The notes under the pieces are model-generated. The model ran no database searches. It was not told the DNA's origin and saw only the letters and a program-made list of their open reading frames with translations. This document shows, piece by piece, positions 16,746 through 25,585 of a stretch of DNA of 30,131 bases; the stretch's first letter is position 1, and the number at the start of each line of letters is the position of its first letter. The translations under genes were made by a program, and so were the position numbers. This DNA is from Chloroflexota bacterium (GTDB lineage Bacteria > Chloroflexota > Chloroflexia > QHBQ01), in NCBI GenBank assembly GCA_043754535.1, contig JAYUUN010000103.1, forward strand, positions 62,001-92,131, given 5' to 3'.

Positions 16746-17543
16746 TCACCTCCGCTGGTTCTTTGTTTTGTCACCTTTGAGCAGATTGCTCGCCCCTCGG
16801 CGCAGGTGGCTGGCAGGTAGCAGGAACCAGCTACGTACGATATTGGCCCCAGCAATCTCCAGATGTTGGCCTGCATTCATGAACGCGCCAGCCGCCTGCG
16901 TAGTCTTGGCCTGGATCGCCTGCTCAAGCTCCACCGCTGTACTGCCAGGAAAGAGAGTGTAGGCGTGGGCGATGTGCTGGGTGGCGTGCGCGTCGCTGTT
17001 GCCCACCTCGGCCAGGTGCCAGGTAGACTGGTTGAGGGCGCGTACCTGTTTGTTGCTGACCCGGGCTGCGATGCTGGGGTTCATCGCTTCGACAGCACTG
17101 AGTGGCAGCTTGAGGGCGATCAGCTTGTTGATGCTCGCCTCGCCCAGGCTGAGGGTCAGCCAACTAAGGGCGTGGGGCGCAACGCAGTAGCCGCCCGCCT
17201 CTAGCACGTCGCTAACCACTGTCTCTACTGGCTTGTACATCTTGTAGTCGCCACGGAACTGGCTGTCGTCGAAGAAGTAGCAGAGCAGGTGGCCCTGCCG
17301 TGTGGTAATCTCCGCGCCCAGCACCACCTGGAAGCGGTAGTTACGCTTGGCTGCCAGTTCGCGGGCCAGCAGACTGCCCTTGAAGTTGTCATGGTCGGTG
17401 ATAGCGATCACGTCGAGGTCGGTCTGCTCCTCTACGTAGCGCAGCACCCGCTCCAGGTCGTGGATACCATCGCTGTGAGTAGTGTGGATGTGCAGATCGG
17501 CCTTGCCCCAGCCCACCTGCCTGCCCTGCTCTGTTGCGCTCAA
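16746..17543 (-). CDS. PHP-domain metal-dependent phosphoesterase
   Basis: DLHIHTTHSDG, AITDHD, GAEI...GH, APH and NSDAH motifs. Confidence 0.88.
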   Translation of the reverse strand: MSATEQGRQVGWGKADLHIHTTHSDGIHDLERVLRYVEEQTDLDVIAITDHDNFKGSLLARELAAKRNYRFQVVLGAEITTRQGHLLCYFFDDSQFRGDYKMYKPVETVVSDVLEAGGYCVAPHALSWLTLSLGEASINKLIALKLPLSAVEAMNPSIAARVSNKQVRALNQSTWHLAEVGNSDAHATQHIAHAYTLFPGSTAVELEQAIQAKTTQAAGAFMNAGQHLEIAGANIVRSWFLLPASHLRRGASNLLKGDKTKNQRR

Positions 17544-17589
17544 ACTACGCTCCTTGCCCTAAACAGCCGACGCATAAATCACCGCTTTT

Positions 17590-17617
17590 ATTATAACTGA
17601 TCTGGCGGCAGAGTCAA
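17590..17617 (-). promoter_or_regulatory. Sigma70-type promoter of the PHP-pimA-pgsA-like operon
   Basis: TTGACT-16 nt-TATAAT on the minus strand. Confidence 0.65.
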
Positions 17618-17639
17618 GGGCCAGATTGGGCGCAACCAT

Positions 17640-18896
17640 TCAGGGCTGCAAGGCCAGCCACTCGCCCAGCAAGCCGAGCGGTTGGCCGTCGGCATCGTGC
17701 AGCAGCAGTTGCAGCCGCTGGCAGTTTGGCGGCACTGCCACGCCCGCGAAGCTGAGGGGGCGACCAGCGGCCACCGTCCAGGTGGTAGACAGGTAGCGTT
17801 GCTGCCCAGCAATGGTCGCCAGCAATGCAGCCTTACCGGGGTAGTAGAGGCCGAAGCTACCGCTAGCCAGCCCATCCGCCACGGCAAGTGGCTGGCTGGT
17901 GCAAGCGAGTGCGCCAACTGCGACCACTGGCCCGCTGCTGGCTGCTACCCCCCAGTGGATAGTCAACTGCTGGGCGGCACCGGGCTGCATCTCGCGCAGG
18001 GGGCCGAGTACCTCGCTCTCCATGTACCAGAGAACCTCGCTGCGGTCGGTCGTCCCTGCGTTCACCCCATTGCACCAGCACTCTGCGCTGAGGCCGCCGT
18101 CGGGATAATCTGCGGCTGGCTCTAGCCTCGTGCGCTGGCTAAAGACGTAGCTGCCCGGCCCCAGCGAGCGGCTGAAGGCGATCCACTCTGCGCCGTCCAC
18201 CCCTACCTTCCCTTCTAGCCCAGCATAGGCAACGGTGAGCAAGCCCGCCCTGTGAGAGGGCTGCCACTGTGGGCTGGCAGGGTCGCCGTGCAGCACCAGA
18301 TAGCCATCTGCGAAGCGGCTGCTGGCTTGCAACGGCAGGTAGATATGCGCTGCCTGGGCCGGTTCGCCAGCCTGCCTCGCATCCAACTGGCTAATCTCCC
18401 AGATCGCCCAGCGTACTGGCCGCTCGCTGACGTTCCGCATGGTAATCTCCAATTCGGCTGCGGTGCTGTCTGTTTTGAGGCTGAGGCGGCGGGTAAGTTG
18501 CACTCCCGTGTAGGGGTCGGGCTGGCTGGTCATGGTCAGGCTCACCTGCTGTGCGTCGCTCCGCTGGGCAGTAACAGTGTAGGGGCCGCCGTCGAGGATC
18601 GGGTCGGGCGGGCCAGGCCACTGCTGCGGGCCGCTCCAACCTTGCGGCGCGGGCCAGGTCTTGGAGCCGCCATAGTTGGGCCAGCTATAGGGGCCACGCT
18701 CGGTCTGCTCGGCGGCTGTGAACAGCTTACCAGCGAGAGCCTGGTTGATATAGAACAGGTTGTGGCCGTCGAACTCACATACCAGCACCCGCCCGCCAAT
18801 CTGCGGCACGACGGTCAGGCTGAGCGTACCGTTGTCCAGCCGCCAGCAGTCGCGCCAACCGAGGAAATCAAGCTGTTCCAACGTCATCTTAGCCAA
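17640..18896 (-). CDS. DUF4380-like / galactose-mutarotase-fold hypothetical protein
   Basis: 418 aa; LTVVPQIGGRV, NYGGSKTWPAPQ, WPGPPDPILD and YMESEVLGP motifs recalled from this family; GGAGG before TTG. Confidence 0.6.
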   Translation of the reverse strand: MAKMTLEQLDFLGWRDCWRLDNGTLSLTVVPQIGGRVLVCEFDGHNLFYINQALAGKLFTAAEQTERGPYSWPNYGGSKTWPAPQGWSGPQQWPGPPDPILDGGPYTVTAQRSDAQQVSLTMTSQPDPYTGVQLTRRLSLKTDSTAAELEITMRNVSERPVRWAIWEISQLDARQAGEPAQAAHIYLPLQASSRFADGYLVLHGDPASPQWQPSHRAGLLTVAYAGLEGKVGVDGAEWIAFSRSLGPGSYVFSQRTRLEPAADYPDGGLSAECWCNGVNAGTTDRSEVLWYMESEVLGPLREMQPGAAQQLTIHWGVAASSGPVVAVGALACTSQPLAVADGLASGSFGLYYPGKAALLATIAGQQRYLSTTWTVAAGRPLSFAGVAVPPNCQRLQLLLHDADGQPLGLLGEWLALQP

Positions 18897-19057
18897 AGCG
18901 TGCCTCCTTGCCGTGTTGCCAGCAGTTTAGCAGAGAAGCATTGCCGCTGGCAACCAGCCAACTGCGGGTGGTTCGCGGGTGCAGGGCGCAGCCAGGGGTG
19001 GGATGGTATAATAAGCTCGTCAATGAAGACATGGAGAGATGGAAGGAAGGAACTGCT

Positions 19058-20716
19058 TTGCAACTGAAAGATTACCGCCCACTGCTCACACCCCCCACTC
19101 TGCTAGCCAGCGAACCGCTGCGCCTGAGCGGGGCTGCCCTCACCGTCGAGGATGTGGTGGCGGTAGCTCGCTATGGACGTAAGGTGCGGCTACTCTCGGC
19201 CAGCGACTCGGCAGACAGCAGCACTGTTGCCGCCATCGAGGCTAGCCGCCGCTGGGTGGACGCAATGATCGGCGGAGCTGAGGAGCGCGTGGTCTATGGG
19301 ATCAACACTGGCTTTGGCCCACTTGCCGACGTAGTAATCCGCCGCGACCAGGCGGGCGAACTGTCGCGCAACCTGATCGTCAGCCACGCGGTTGGGGTTG
19401 GCGCACTGCTAGAGCGTGATGTTGTGCGCGCTAGTATGCTAATCCGCGCTAACACGCTGGCAAAGGGCTATTCTGGAGTGCGCCTGGTTCTGCTCAACAC
19501 CATTCTGGCGATGCTAAACGCTGGCGTACACCCACTAGTCCCTGGCTACGGCTCGGTGGGGGCTAGTGGCGACCTCGCGCCGCTCTCGCACCTTGCCCTG
19601 CCCCTGCTCAAGCACCCAGTTGGCGACGAGGAGGAGCTGACAGGCTATGTAGACTTTGAGCCGCACTGGTTGGCTGGGGAAGCTGGTAGTGGGGCGATCA
19701 GCGGCGCACGCGGCATGGCATTGGCAGGTATTGCGCGCCTAGACCTCGGCGCGAAGGAGGGGCTGGCCCTCAACAATGGTACTGCGGTCAGCACTGCGCT
19801 CGCGTCCCTCGCCCTCTACGACGCGGAGAAGCTGCTGGCCCAGAGCGAAGTCGGCTACGCGATCAGCCTGGAGGCGGTGCGTGGCTACCGTGATGCCTTG
19901 GACGAGCGCATCCACGCTGCCCGCAACCACCCAACCCAGATCGCCTGCGCTGCCCGCCTGCGTGCGCTCGTCCAGGGCAGCGAACTGGTGCGCGATGGCC
20001 GCGACTTTGGTAGCCTGGCGCACGATCTGCCACAGGATGCCTACTCCTTCCGCGCCGCCCCACAAGTGTTGGGGGCAGTGGCTGCCAGCCTTGGCCACGT
20101 GCGCTCGGTCGTTGCCGCCGAACTGAACGCCACAACCGACAACCCCCTGATCTTCGCCGAAGGAGAGGCTGCTGCCCTCTCTGGTGGCAACTTCCACGGC
20201 CAACCAATTGCCTTCGCTGCCGACTTCCTGAGCATCGCCGCCTGCGAGATCGCTAGCATCGCCGAACGCCGAGCCGCCCGCCTGCTCGACCCGCGCTACA
20301 GTCGCGGCCTGCCCGCTATGCTGACCGAGGGCAGTGGCCTACAGAGCGGCTACATGATGGTGCAGTATTCGGCTGCCGCCCTCGTCTCCGCCAACAAGAC
20401 GCTGGCCCACCCCGACAGCGTAGACTCGATCCCCACTGGGGCGAACCAGGAGGATCACGTGAGCATGAGTACGAACGCCGCCCAACACGCCCGCCAGATA
20501 GTGGAGAACAGCACCAACGTGGTGGCCTGCGAGATAGTCTGTGCGGCCCAAGCACTCGACTTTCGGCTCAAGCAGGGTCGGGCTGGGGTTGGCACCACCG
20601 CCGCCCACCGCTGCATCCGCGCTCGCCTGCCCCACCTGACTGCCGAGCGCAACCCCAGCCGCGACATCGCCACCGTCGCTGCCATGCTGAGGGCGGGCGA
20701 TTTGCTGCCCGATTGA
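19058..20716 (+). CDS. hutH: Histidine ammonia-lyase (MIO-dependent)
   Basis: VYGINTGFG, LIVSH (His-specific SH pair), GSVGASGDLAPL (ASG MIO), KEGLALNNGT, QDAYSFR, GGNFHG, NQEDHVSM. Start uncertain (TTG 19058 after GGAAGG, or ATG 19031); TGgTATAAT at about 19004-19012. Confidence 0.88.
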   Translation: MQLKDYRPLLTPPTLLASEPLRLSGAALTVEDVVAVARYGRKVRLLSASDSADSSTVAAIEASRRWVDAMIGGAEERVVYGINTGFGPLADVVIRRDQAGELSRNLIVSHAVGVGALLERDVVRASMLIRANTLAKGYSGVRLVLLNTILAMLNAGVHPLVPGYGSVGASGDLAPLSHLALPLLKHPVGDEEELTGYVDFEPHWLAGEAGSGAISGARGMALAGIARLDLGAKEGLALNNGTAVSTALASLALYDAEKLLAQSEVGYAISLEAVRGYRDALDERIHAARNHPTQIACAARLRALVQGSELVRDGRDFGSLAHDLPQDAYSFRAAPQVLGAVAASLGHVRSVVAAELNATTDNPLIFAEGEAAALSGGNFHGQPIAFAADFLSIAACEIASIAERRAARLLDPRYSRGLPAMLTEGSGLQSGYMMVQYSAAALVSANKTLAHPDSVDSIPTGANQEDHVSMSTNAAQHARQIVENSTNVVACEIVCAAQALDFRLKQGRAGVGTTAAHRCIRARLPHLTAERNPSRDIATVAAMLRAGDLLPD

Positions 20717-20771
20717 CCGCCAGCCAGCCTTGTGCTATGCTGGTGCAAGCAAGACAGTAGAGGAGGCAAGC

Positions 20772-23144
20772 ATGGCCCAGCCCAGCCCGAACCAGCCGAA
20801 CCAGCCCGACGAGCAACCACCACCGGGCTGGTTCGGTCGCTATCTAAACCGCATCACCAACCCCACTGGGCTGCGCGACCTCCTGGCCGTGCTGCCGCTG
20901 GTGCTGCTTGTCGGCATAGTCATAGTCTCGCTCGGCATCATCTTCGCCTACCAGCCGATCTACAACCTTGCCAGCGGGCAGCTTGGCAAGCTGGTCAGCT
21001 ACTCGCCGCTGGAGGTTCTGCTGGTGGCAGTCGCCGTTTTCGTGCTGCTCACCGTTGTGATCCAACTGCTACTCTGGACGGCACGGCGGGCTAGCTGGCT
21101 GGCGGTGCTACTCCTGTTCCTGCTACTTGGCTTCATCCTCAGCTACTACCTGGTGGTCGCCTTTCCACCCGACAGCACAATCGGCGGGGCTGACCGCCTG
21201 CTGCTCGCCTTCAAGTTCAACCTACTGCTTACTATCCTCGTCACCTTCGCCTTCTACCCCGTCTTCCTGTTCTTCTCCTTCCTCGTCAACCGCAAGAAGA
21301 AGAAGCAAGAGGACAACCAGAGCGACCTTGAGAAGCTGGATCGCTCCTATGCCCTCTACGCCAACCAGATGTTCGAGCAGGTCTACAACCCCGGTCAATA
21401 TGTGCTGCCGCTGGTCCTCTCTACCATCCTGCTGGTAGTATTCTGGACGATGGTGCTGCTGCCCGACGGCCCCGACCGGGCGATCAAGGAGTTGCAGAGC
21501 GGCAACTACATTGAAAGCACCATGCAATCTTTCCTCACCCCTAAGTTGCAGGTGTCGAGCAGTCAGCTACCGAGCGTCGGCGACCTGGGTGGCACCGCCG
21601 CTGCCAGCCCGACGGTGAGTAGCAGCCAACCGTCTGCCACTCCGTCCAGCGGGGTGATCGTGCCAAACGGCAATGTGCTGCCGCTGCCACCCGAAGTGCT
21701 GACCCCTACCCTACCGATCAGTGATCAGCTACGCCCGCTGATCCTGGCGCAGAGCCAGCCCAACTCGCCGCTGGTGGTCGCCAGCCCTAGCCTAAAGACG
21801 CAAACGGGGCGGTCGATCATCGAGGCAGGAGCAGCCTTCATCTTCGCCTTCCTCGGTGCCTACATCTTCATCGTGCAGATGCTTACCCGCCGCTACTTCC
21901 GCTACGACCTCAAGCCAGCCGTCTTCGTGCAGATGACCGTGCGCCTACTCACCGCGACGACGGTGGCGGTGGTCTTCAGCCTGTTCTACCAGAAGGGGGA
22001 GGACGTGGTGGGCGGTGGTGGTAGCTTGCTCTCCAACGTTGCGCTGCAAGCCTTCCTCTACTTTGTGATTGGCATCTTCCCCGACCTCGGTCTGCGCCTG
22101 ATCTCCTCGGCGGTGAACGGAGCGTTGCGGGCGGCCCAGCAGTTCTTCGGCACCGTCTTCTCCAATGCCGACCACGACTACTACAGCTTGACCGAGCCGG
22201 AGCCGCTGCACCTGATCGAAGGGCTGAACGTCTGGGATCAGGCACGGCTGTTGGAGGAGGGGATAGAGAACGTGCAGGCACTCGCCACCGCGCAGATAGC
22301 CCGCCTGTTCGTCGCTACCGCCTTCAGTGCGCAACAACTGGTAGACTGGATCGATCAGGCGATCCTGATGCTCTACGTGGGAGCAGAGGAGCGGGCAAAC
22401 TGGAAGCTGCTGGGCATCCGCACCGCTAGCGACTTCGTAGACCTGGCCGACCGGCTGAACAACGACACTGGCGCGCTCTCCAATATCCTCAAGCTGGGTG
22501 GCGAGGGCCGCGCCCCAGAGGGGATGGCGGTGCTGCTAGCCGCCTTGCAGAACACGCCCAATCTCTATTACATCCGCAACTACTGGATCGAGACGCGGCC
22601 CGTCAGCGGTCACACCAGCCCCGAAGCGATCCTGCTCCCCCGCCCTGCTGGTGCGCCCGCACCCAGCCAGCCACCTGCCAGTTCGCCTAGCAGCGACCAA
22701 CCGCCAGTGAGCAGCAAGTCGGTAGACGACGCAGCAACGCCAGGGAGCGAAGCGGGGCCGCCGACCGCCAGCCACCGCCGCCCAGACGCTGCCCCCGCCA
22801 GCCCCAGCGTCGAGGTGGCCGCTAGCCCAGCGAATGCACCGCCAACCAACCCGCCGATCATCTTCTACAGTCCAGACGATAGCCAGCCGTCAGCAGCAGC
22901 GACCAACCCGGCGACTACGCCGACGGTGAGTGACAAGAATGTTGACGCACCAACCAGCAGCCAGCCCGACCCACTCGCCCCCGTCTCCCCGCTGGGCGAC
23001 AGCCTGGTAGTCGGCACTGCCCTCCGCAGCGATGGCAGCGACCACCAGCCCTCCCGTGCGACGAGCAAGGATGTAGATTGGAGCAGTGTGCCAGCCGAGG
23101 GCGACAGCGTGGTGATGCGGAGCAGCATCGGGGAGGCCAGCTAG
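20772..23144 (+). CDS. Multi-pass membrane protein with a cytoplasmic helix-hairpin-helix-like region and disordered Pro/Ser tail
   Basis: ATG 20772 after AGGAGG; about 8 TM segments; PLHLIEGLNVWDQARLLEEGIENVQALAT and LGIRTASD repeats; TGTGCTATGCT extended -10 at 20731. Confidence 0.75.
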   Translation: MAQPSPNQPNQPDEQPPPGWFGRYLNRITNPTGLRDLLAVLPLVLLVGIVIVSLGIIFAYQPIYNLASGQLGKLVSYSPLEVLLVAVAVFVLLTVVIQLLLWTARRASWLAVLLLFLLLGFILSYYLVVAFPPDSTIGGADRLLLAFKFNLLLTILVTFAFYPVFLFFSFLVNRKKKKQEDNQSDLEKLDRSYALYANQMFEQVYNPGQYVLPLVLSTILLVVFWTMVLLPDGPDRAIKELQSGNYIESTMQSFLTPKLQVSSSQLPSVGDLGGTAAASPTVSSSQPSATPSSGVIVPNGNVLPLPPEVLTPTLPISDQLRPLILAQSQPNSPLVVASPSLKTQTGRSIIEAGAAFIFAFLGAYIFIVQMLTRRYFRYDLKPAVFVQMTVRLLTATTVAVVFSLFYQKGEDVVGGGGSLLSNVALQAFLYFVIGIFPDLGLRLISSAVNGALRAAQQFFGTVFSNADHDYYSLTEPEPLHLIEGLNVWDQARLLEEGIENVQALATAQIARLFVATAFSAQQLVDWIDQAILMLYVGAEERANWKLLGIRTASDFVDLADRLNNDTGALSNILKLGGEGRAPEGMAVLLAALQNTPNLYYIRNYWIETRPVSGHTSPEAILLPRPAGAPAPSQPPASSPSSDQPPVSSKSVDDAATPGSEAGPPTASHRRPDAAPASPSVEVAASPANAPPTNPPIIFYSPDDSQPSAAATNPATTPTVSDKNVDAPTSSQPDPLAPVSPLGDSLVVGTALRSDGSDHQPSRATSKDVDWSSVPAEGDSVVMRSSIGEAS

Positions 23145-23148
23145 CGGG
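23131..23148. repeat. Direct repeat copy A (18 bp; includes the TAG stop of the upstream gene)
   Basis: GGGAGGCCAGCTAGCGGG; 17/18 identical to 23831-23848. Confidence 0.75.
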
Positions 23149-23233
23149 CCTTGTCTGGCGTGCGCCGGACAGCAAAGATGCTTGTGGCAGCAACCATGCT
23201 GTAGATCGGTGCTGCCTTCTCTGGCTCTGCACT

Positions 23234-23704
23234 CTAGAACAGCATGGCCGCCAGCGCGAGTAGCAAGCCGCCACTACCAACCACCGCGAGGATCAGCATT
23301 ACTACCAGCATCGGTAGCAGCACACCGCTGGTCTGCTTCGTGTGCCACCAGCGGTAGCCGACGAGCAGGGTAGCGGCGTTCCAAAGCAGCCAGGCGGTGC
23401 CACCAATCGCGGCAATCGCTACGAACTCGGCAGCATTGCGGCTGCCATGCGGCCTGAACACCTGGGCGAACAGCACCACGGTGAGGCTGGTGACGATCAG
23501 GCTGATCACTGCTAACAGCGTGCTGGCAAAGTTATAGAGGAACCTTAGCTGCGCCCCCAGGCTAGCCTGCGCCTGTGGCTCGCTAACCACAAGCTGGCTG
23601 GCTGCTGGTCGTTCACCTAGCAGGGGACGGTTGTCCTTCGCTACGTCGGCCCGCGCATAGGGCGGCATGAGGCTGTCATTCATTAGCTTGTTCCTCTTTG
23701 TCAA
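23234..23704 (-). CDS. Hypothetical 3-TM membrane protein
   Basis: 156-aa ORF with three hydrophobic segments; TATAAT on the minus strand at 23745-23750; start could be a downstream ATG. Confidence 0.65.
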   Translation of the reverse strand: MTKRNKLMNDSLMPPYARADVAKDNRPLLGERPAASQLVVSEPQAQASLGAQLRFLYNFASTLLAVISLIVTSLTVVLFAQVFRPHGSRNAAEFVAIAAIGGTAWLLWNAATLLVGYRWWHTKQTSGVLLPMLVVMLILAVVGSGGLLLALAAMLF

Positions 23705-23830
23705 GTTGGGTGATTATTGTTGAGACCAGGGGCAATCCCCTTGTATTATACACGAGTTTCGCTAGCTAAAAGTTGCAGCAAGCTGGCCCCGACTGCTGAT
23801 TGCCGCAATCTAGGGCCAAAGTCTGATCAT

Positions 23831-23848
23831 GGGAGGTCAGCTAGCGGG
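23831..23848. repeat. Direct repeat copy B (18 bp; abuts the TATAAT of the ABC-F promoter)
   Basis: GGGAGGTCAGCTAGCGGG followed directly by TATAAT (23849-23854). Confidence 0.75.
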
Positions 23849-23889
23849 TATAATAAGGAGCAACTTCTCCAGACAAAGGGGGCTTCAGC

Positions 23890-25569
23890 GTGCTACTAAA
23901 CATCATTGATCTATCCGTCACCTTCGGGGCAAGCCAGGTACTCAGCGGCGTGTCGCTGATCCTCAACGCGGGCCAGCGCGCCGGGCTGGTGGGGGCAAAC
24001 GGGGTTGGCAAGTCTACCTTGCTCAAGGCGGTGGTCGGCGAAGTGGAGCCAACCGAGGGGCGAATTATGCTCGCCAAAGCGGTCGAGATCGGCTACCTGC
24101 CACAGACGATCACCAGCTTCCCTGGTGAGACGGTGGAAGACCTGATCCTGGACGCGCAGGGGGGCTTGCGCCAGATCGAGCAGCGGATGCGCCAGCTTGA
24201 GGTTGAAATCAGCGCAGATGCGGGCGACTCGGCCCCACTGCTGACTGAATACGACACCCTGACCGAACTGTTCGAGCGGCGTGGCGGCTACGATATGGAC
24301 TATCGGGTGGACATCGTGCTGGGTGGCCTGGGTATCACCCACATCGCCCGCGACCGCCACATCCTCAGCCTCAGCGGGGGCGAGAAGGCGCGGGTGGGTC
24401 TGGCGGCTCTGCTGCTGCGTGCGCCAGACCTGCTGCTGCTGGATGAGCCAACCAACCACCTGGATTTTGCTGCCCTCGGCTGGCTAGAAGGCTACCTGGC
24501 CCAGCAGCAGGGGGCGATGCTGGTGGCCTCGCACGACCGCCAGTTCCTTAACGCCTCCTGCAATCTGATCTGCGAGATCGCCGAACACTCGCGCACCCTC
24601 AAGGTGTATGGCGGCAACTATGATGCTTACCTGGTGATGAAGGTAGCGGAGCGGGCGCGGTGGGAGGCCGACTACGATCATCAGCAGGAGGAGATCGCCG
24701 ACCTGCAAGACGCAATCAAGCACCGGGCGCGCGAGGTGGCCCACAACCGCATGGCCCGCGACGGCGACAAGTACGCCTACAATGCGAAGGCCCAGAACGT
24801 GGCGAAGACAGTCAGCCGCAACCTACGGGCTGCTGAGGAGAAACTGAGCCGCATCGCCGAGGACCCGATCCTCCAGCCGCCAGAGCGGATCCGCATCAAC
24901 CCCGACTTCGACCCCCACGCGCTTGAGGGGGGGGTGCCACTGCAAGCCGAGGGGGTCAGCAAGGCATTCGGCGGCCACCCTGTGCTGGACATGGTGAGCT
25001 TTGACTTGCAGCCAACTGCCCGCGTGATGGTGGTGGGGCCGAACGGCGCGGGCAAGTCTACCTTGCTCAAGATACTGGCGGGTGCAGAGCCAGCCGACGC
25101 TGGCATAGTCGCCAGCGGGCCGAGCGTGCGCCTGGGCTACCTCGATCAGGAGCAGGAAGCTCTGGACTTGCAACAGACCACGTTTGAGGCTTACCGCGAG
25201 GGGCTGATTGGCTTCGCCGAGGATTTGCACAAGGAGATTATGCGCTACGGCCTCTTTGCCGAGGATGACCTGGGCAAGAAGGTGGGTGAACTTAGCATCG
25301 GCCAGCGGCGTAAGCTGCAACTGGCCCGGCTGATCGCGCTCAAGGCCAACGTGCTGCTGCTGGATGAGCCAACCAACCACGTCAGCTTTGATGTGCTTGA
25401 GGAGTTTGAGGCGGCTCTGCTAGCCTTCCCCGGCCCGATCATGGCCGTTTCACACGACCGCCGCTTCATCCACCGCTTCGCCCGCGAAGTCTGGGAATTG
25501 CGTGATGGCAAGCTGGTGCAGCAGATTGACAGCGAGGCGTACATGGGGGCAGTAGAAGCGGTTGGCTAG
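23890..25569 (+). CDS. ABC-F family ribosome-associated ATPase, possible ribosomal protection protein
   Basis: Two ABC domains (GANGVGKST/LSGGE/LLLDEPTNHLD/SHDR and GPNGAGKST/LSIGQ/LLLDEPTNH/SHDR), no TM segments, long interdomain linker. Confidence 0.92.
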   Translation: MLLNIIDLSVTFGASQVLSGVSLILNAGQRAGLVGANGVGKSTLLKAVVGEVEPTEGRIMLAKAVEIGYLPQTITSFPGETVEDLILDAQGGLRQIEQRMRQLEVEISADAGDSAPLLTEYDTLTELFERRGGYDMDYRVDIVLGGLGITHIARDRHILSLSGGEKARVGLAALLLRAPDLLLLDEPTNHLDFAALGWLEGYLAQQQGAMLVASHDRQFLNASCNLICEIAEHSRTLKVYGGNYDAYLVMKVAERARWEADYDHQQEEIADLQDAIKHRAREVAHNRMARDGDKYAYNAKAQNVAKTVSRNLRAAEEKLSRIAEDPILQPPERIRINPDFDPHALEGGVPLQAEGVSKAFGGHPVLDMVSFDLQPTARVMVVGPNGAGKSTLLKILAGAEPADAGIVASGPSVRLGYLDQEQEALDLQQTTFEAYREGLIGFAEDLHKEIMRYGLFAEDDLGKKVGELSIGQRRKLQLARLIALKANVLLLDEPTNHVSFDVLEEFEAALLAFPGPIMAVSHDRRFIHRFAREVWELRDGKLVQQIDSEAYMGAVEAVG

Positions 25570-25585
25570 GGCCAGCAGATCGTGA

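Noticed and set aside
20723..20747. Similarity of GCCAGCCTTGTGCTATGCTGGTGCA to the cca promoter repeat
   Set aside because: Needs gaps to align and is mostly explained by a shared extended -10 consensus.
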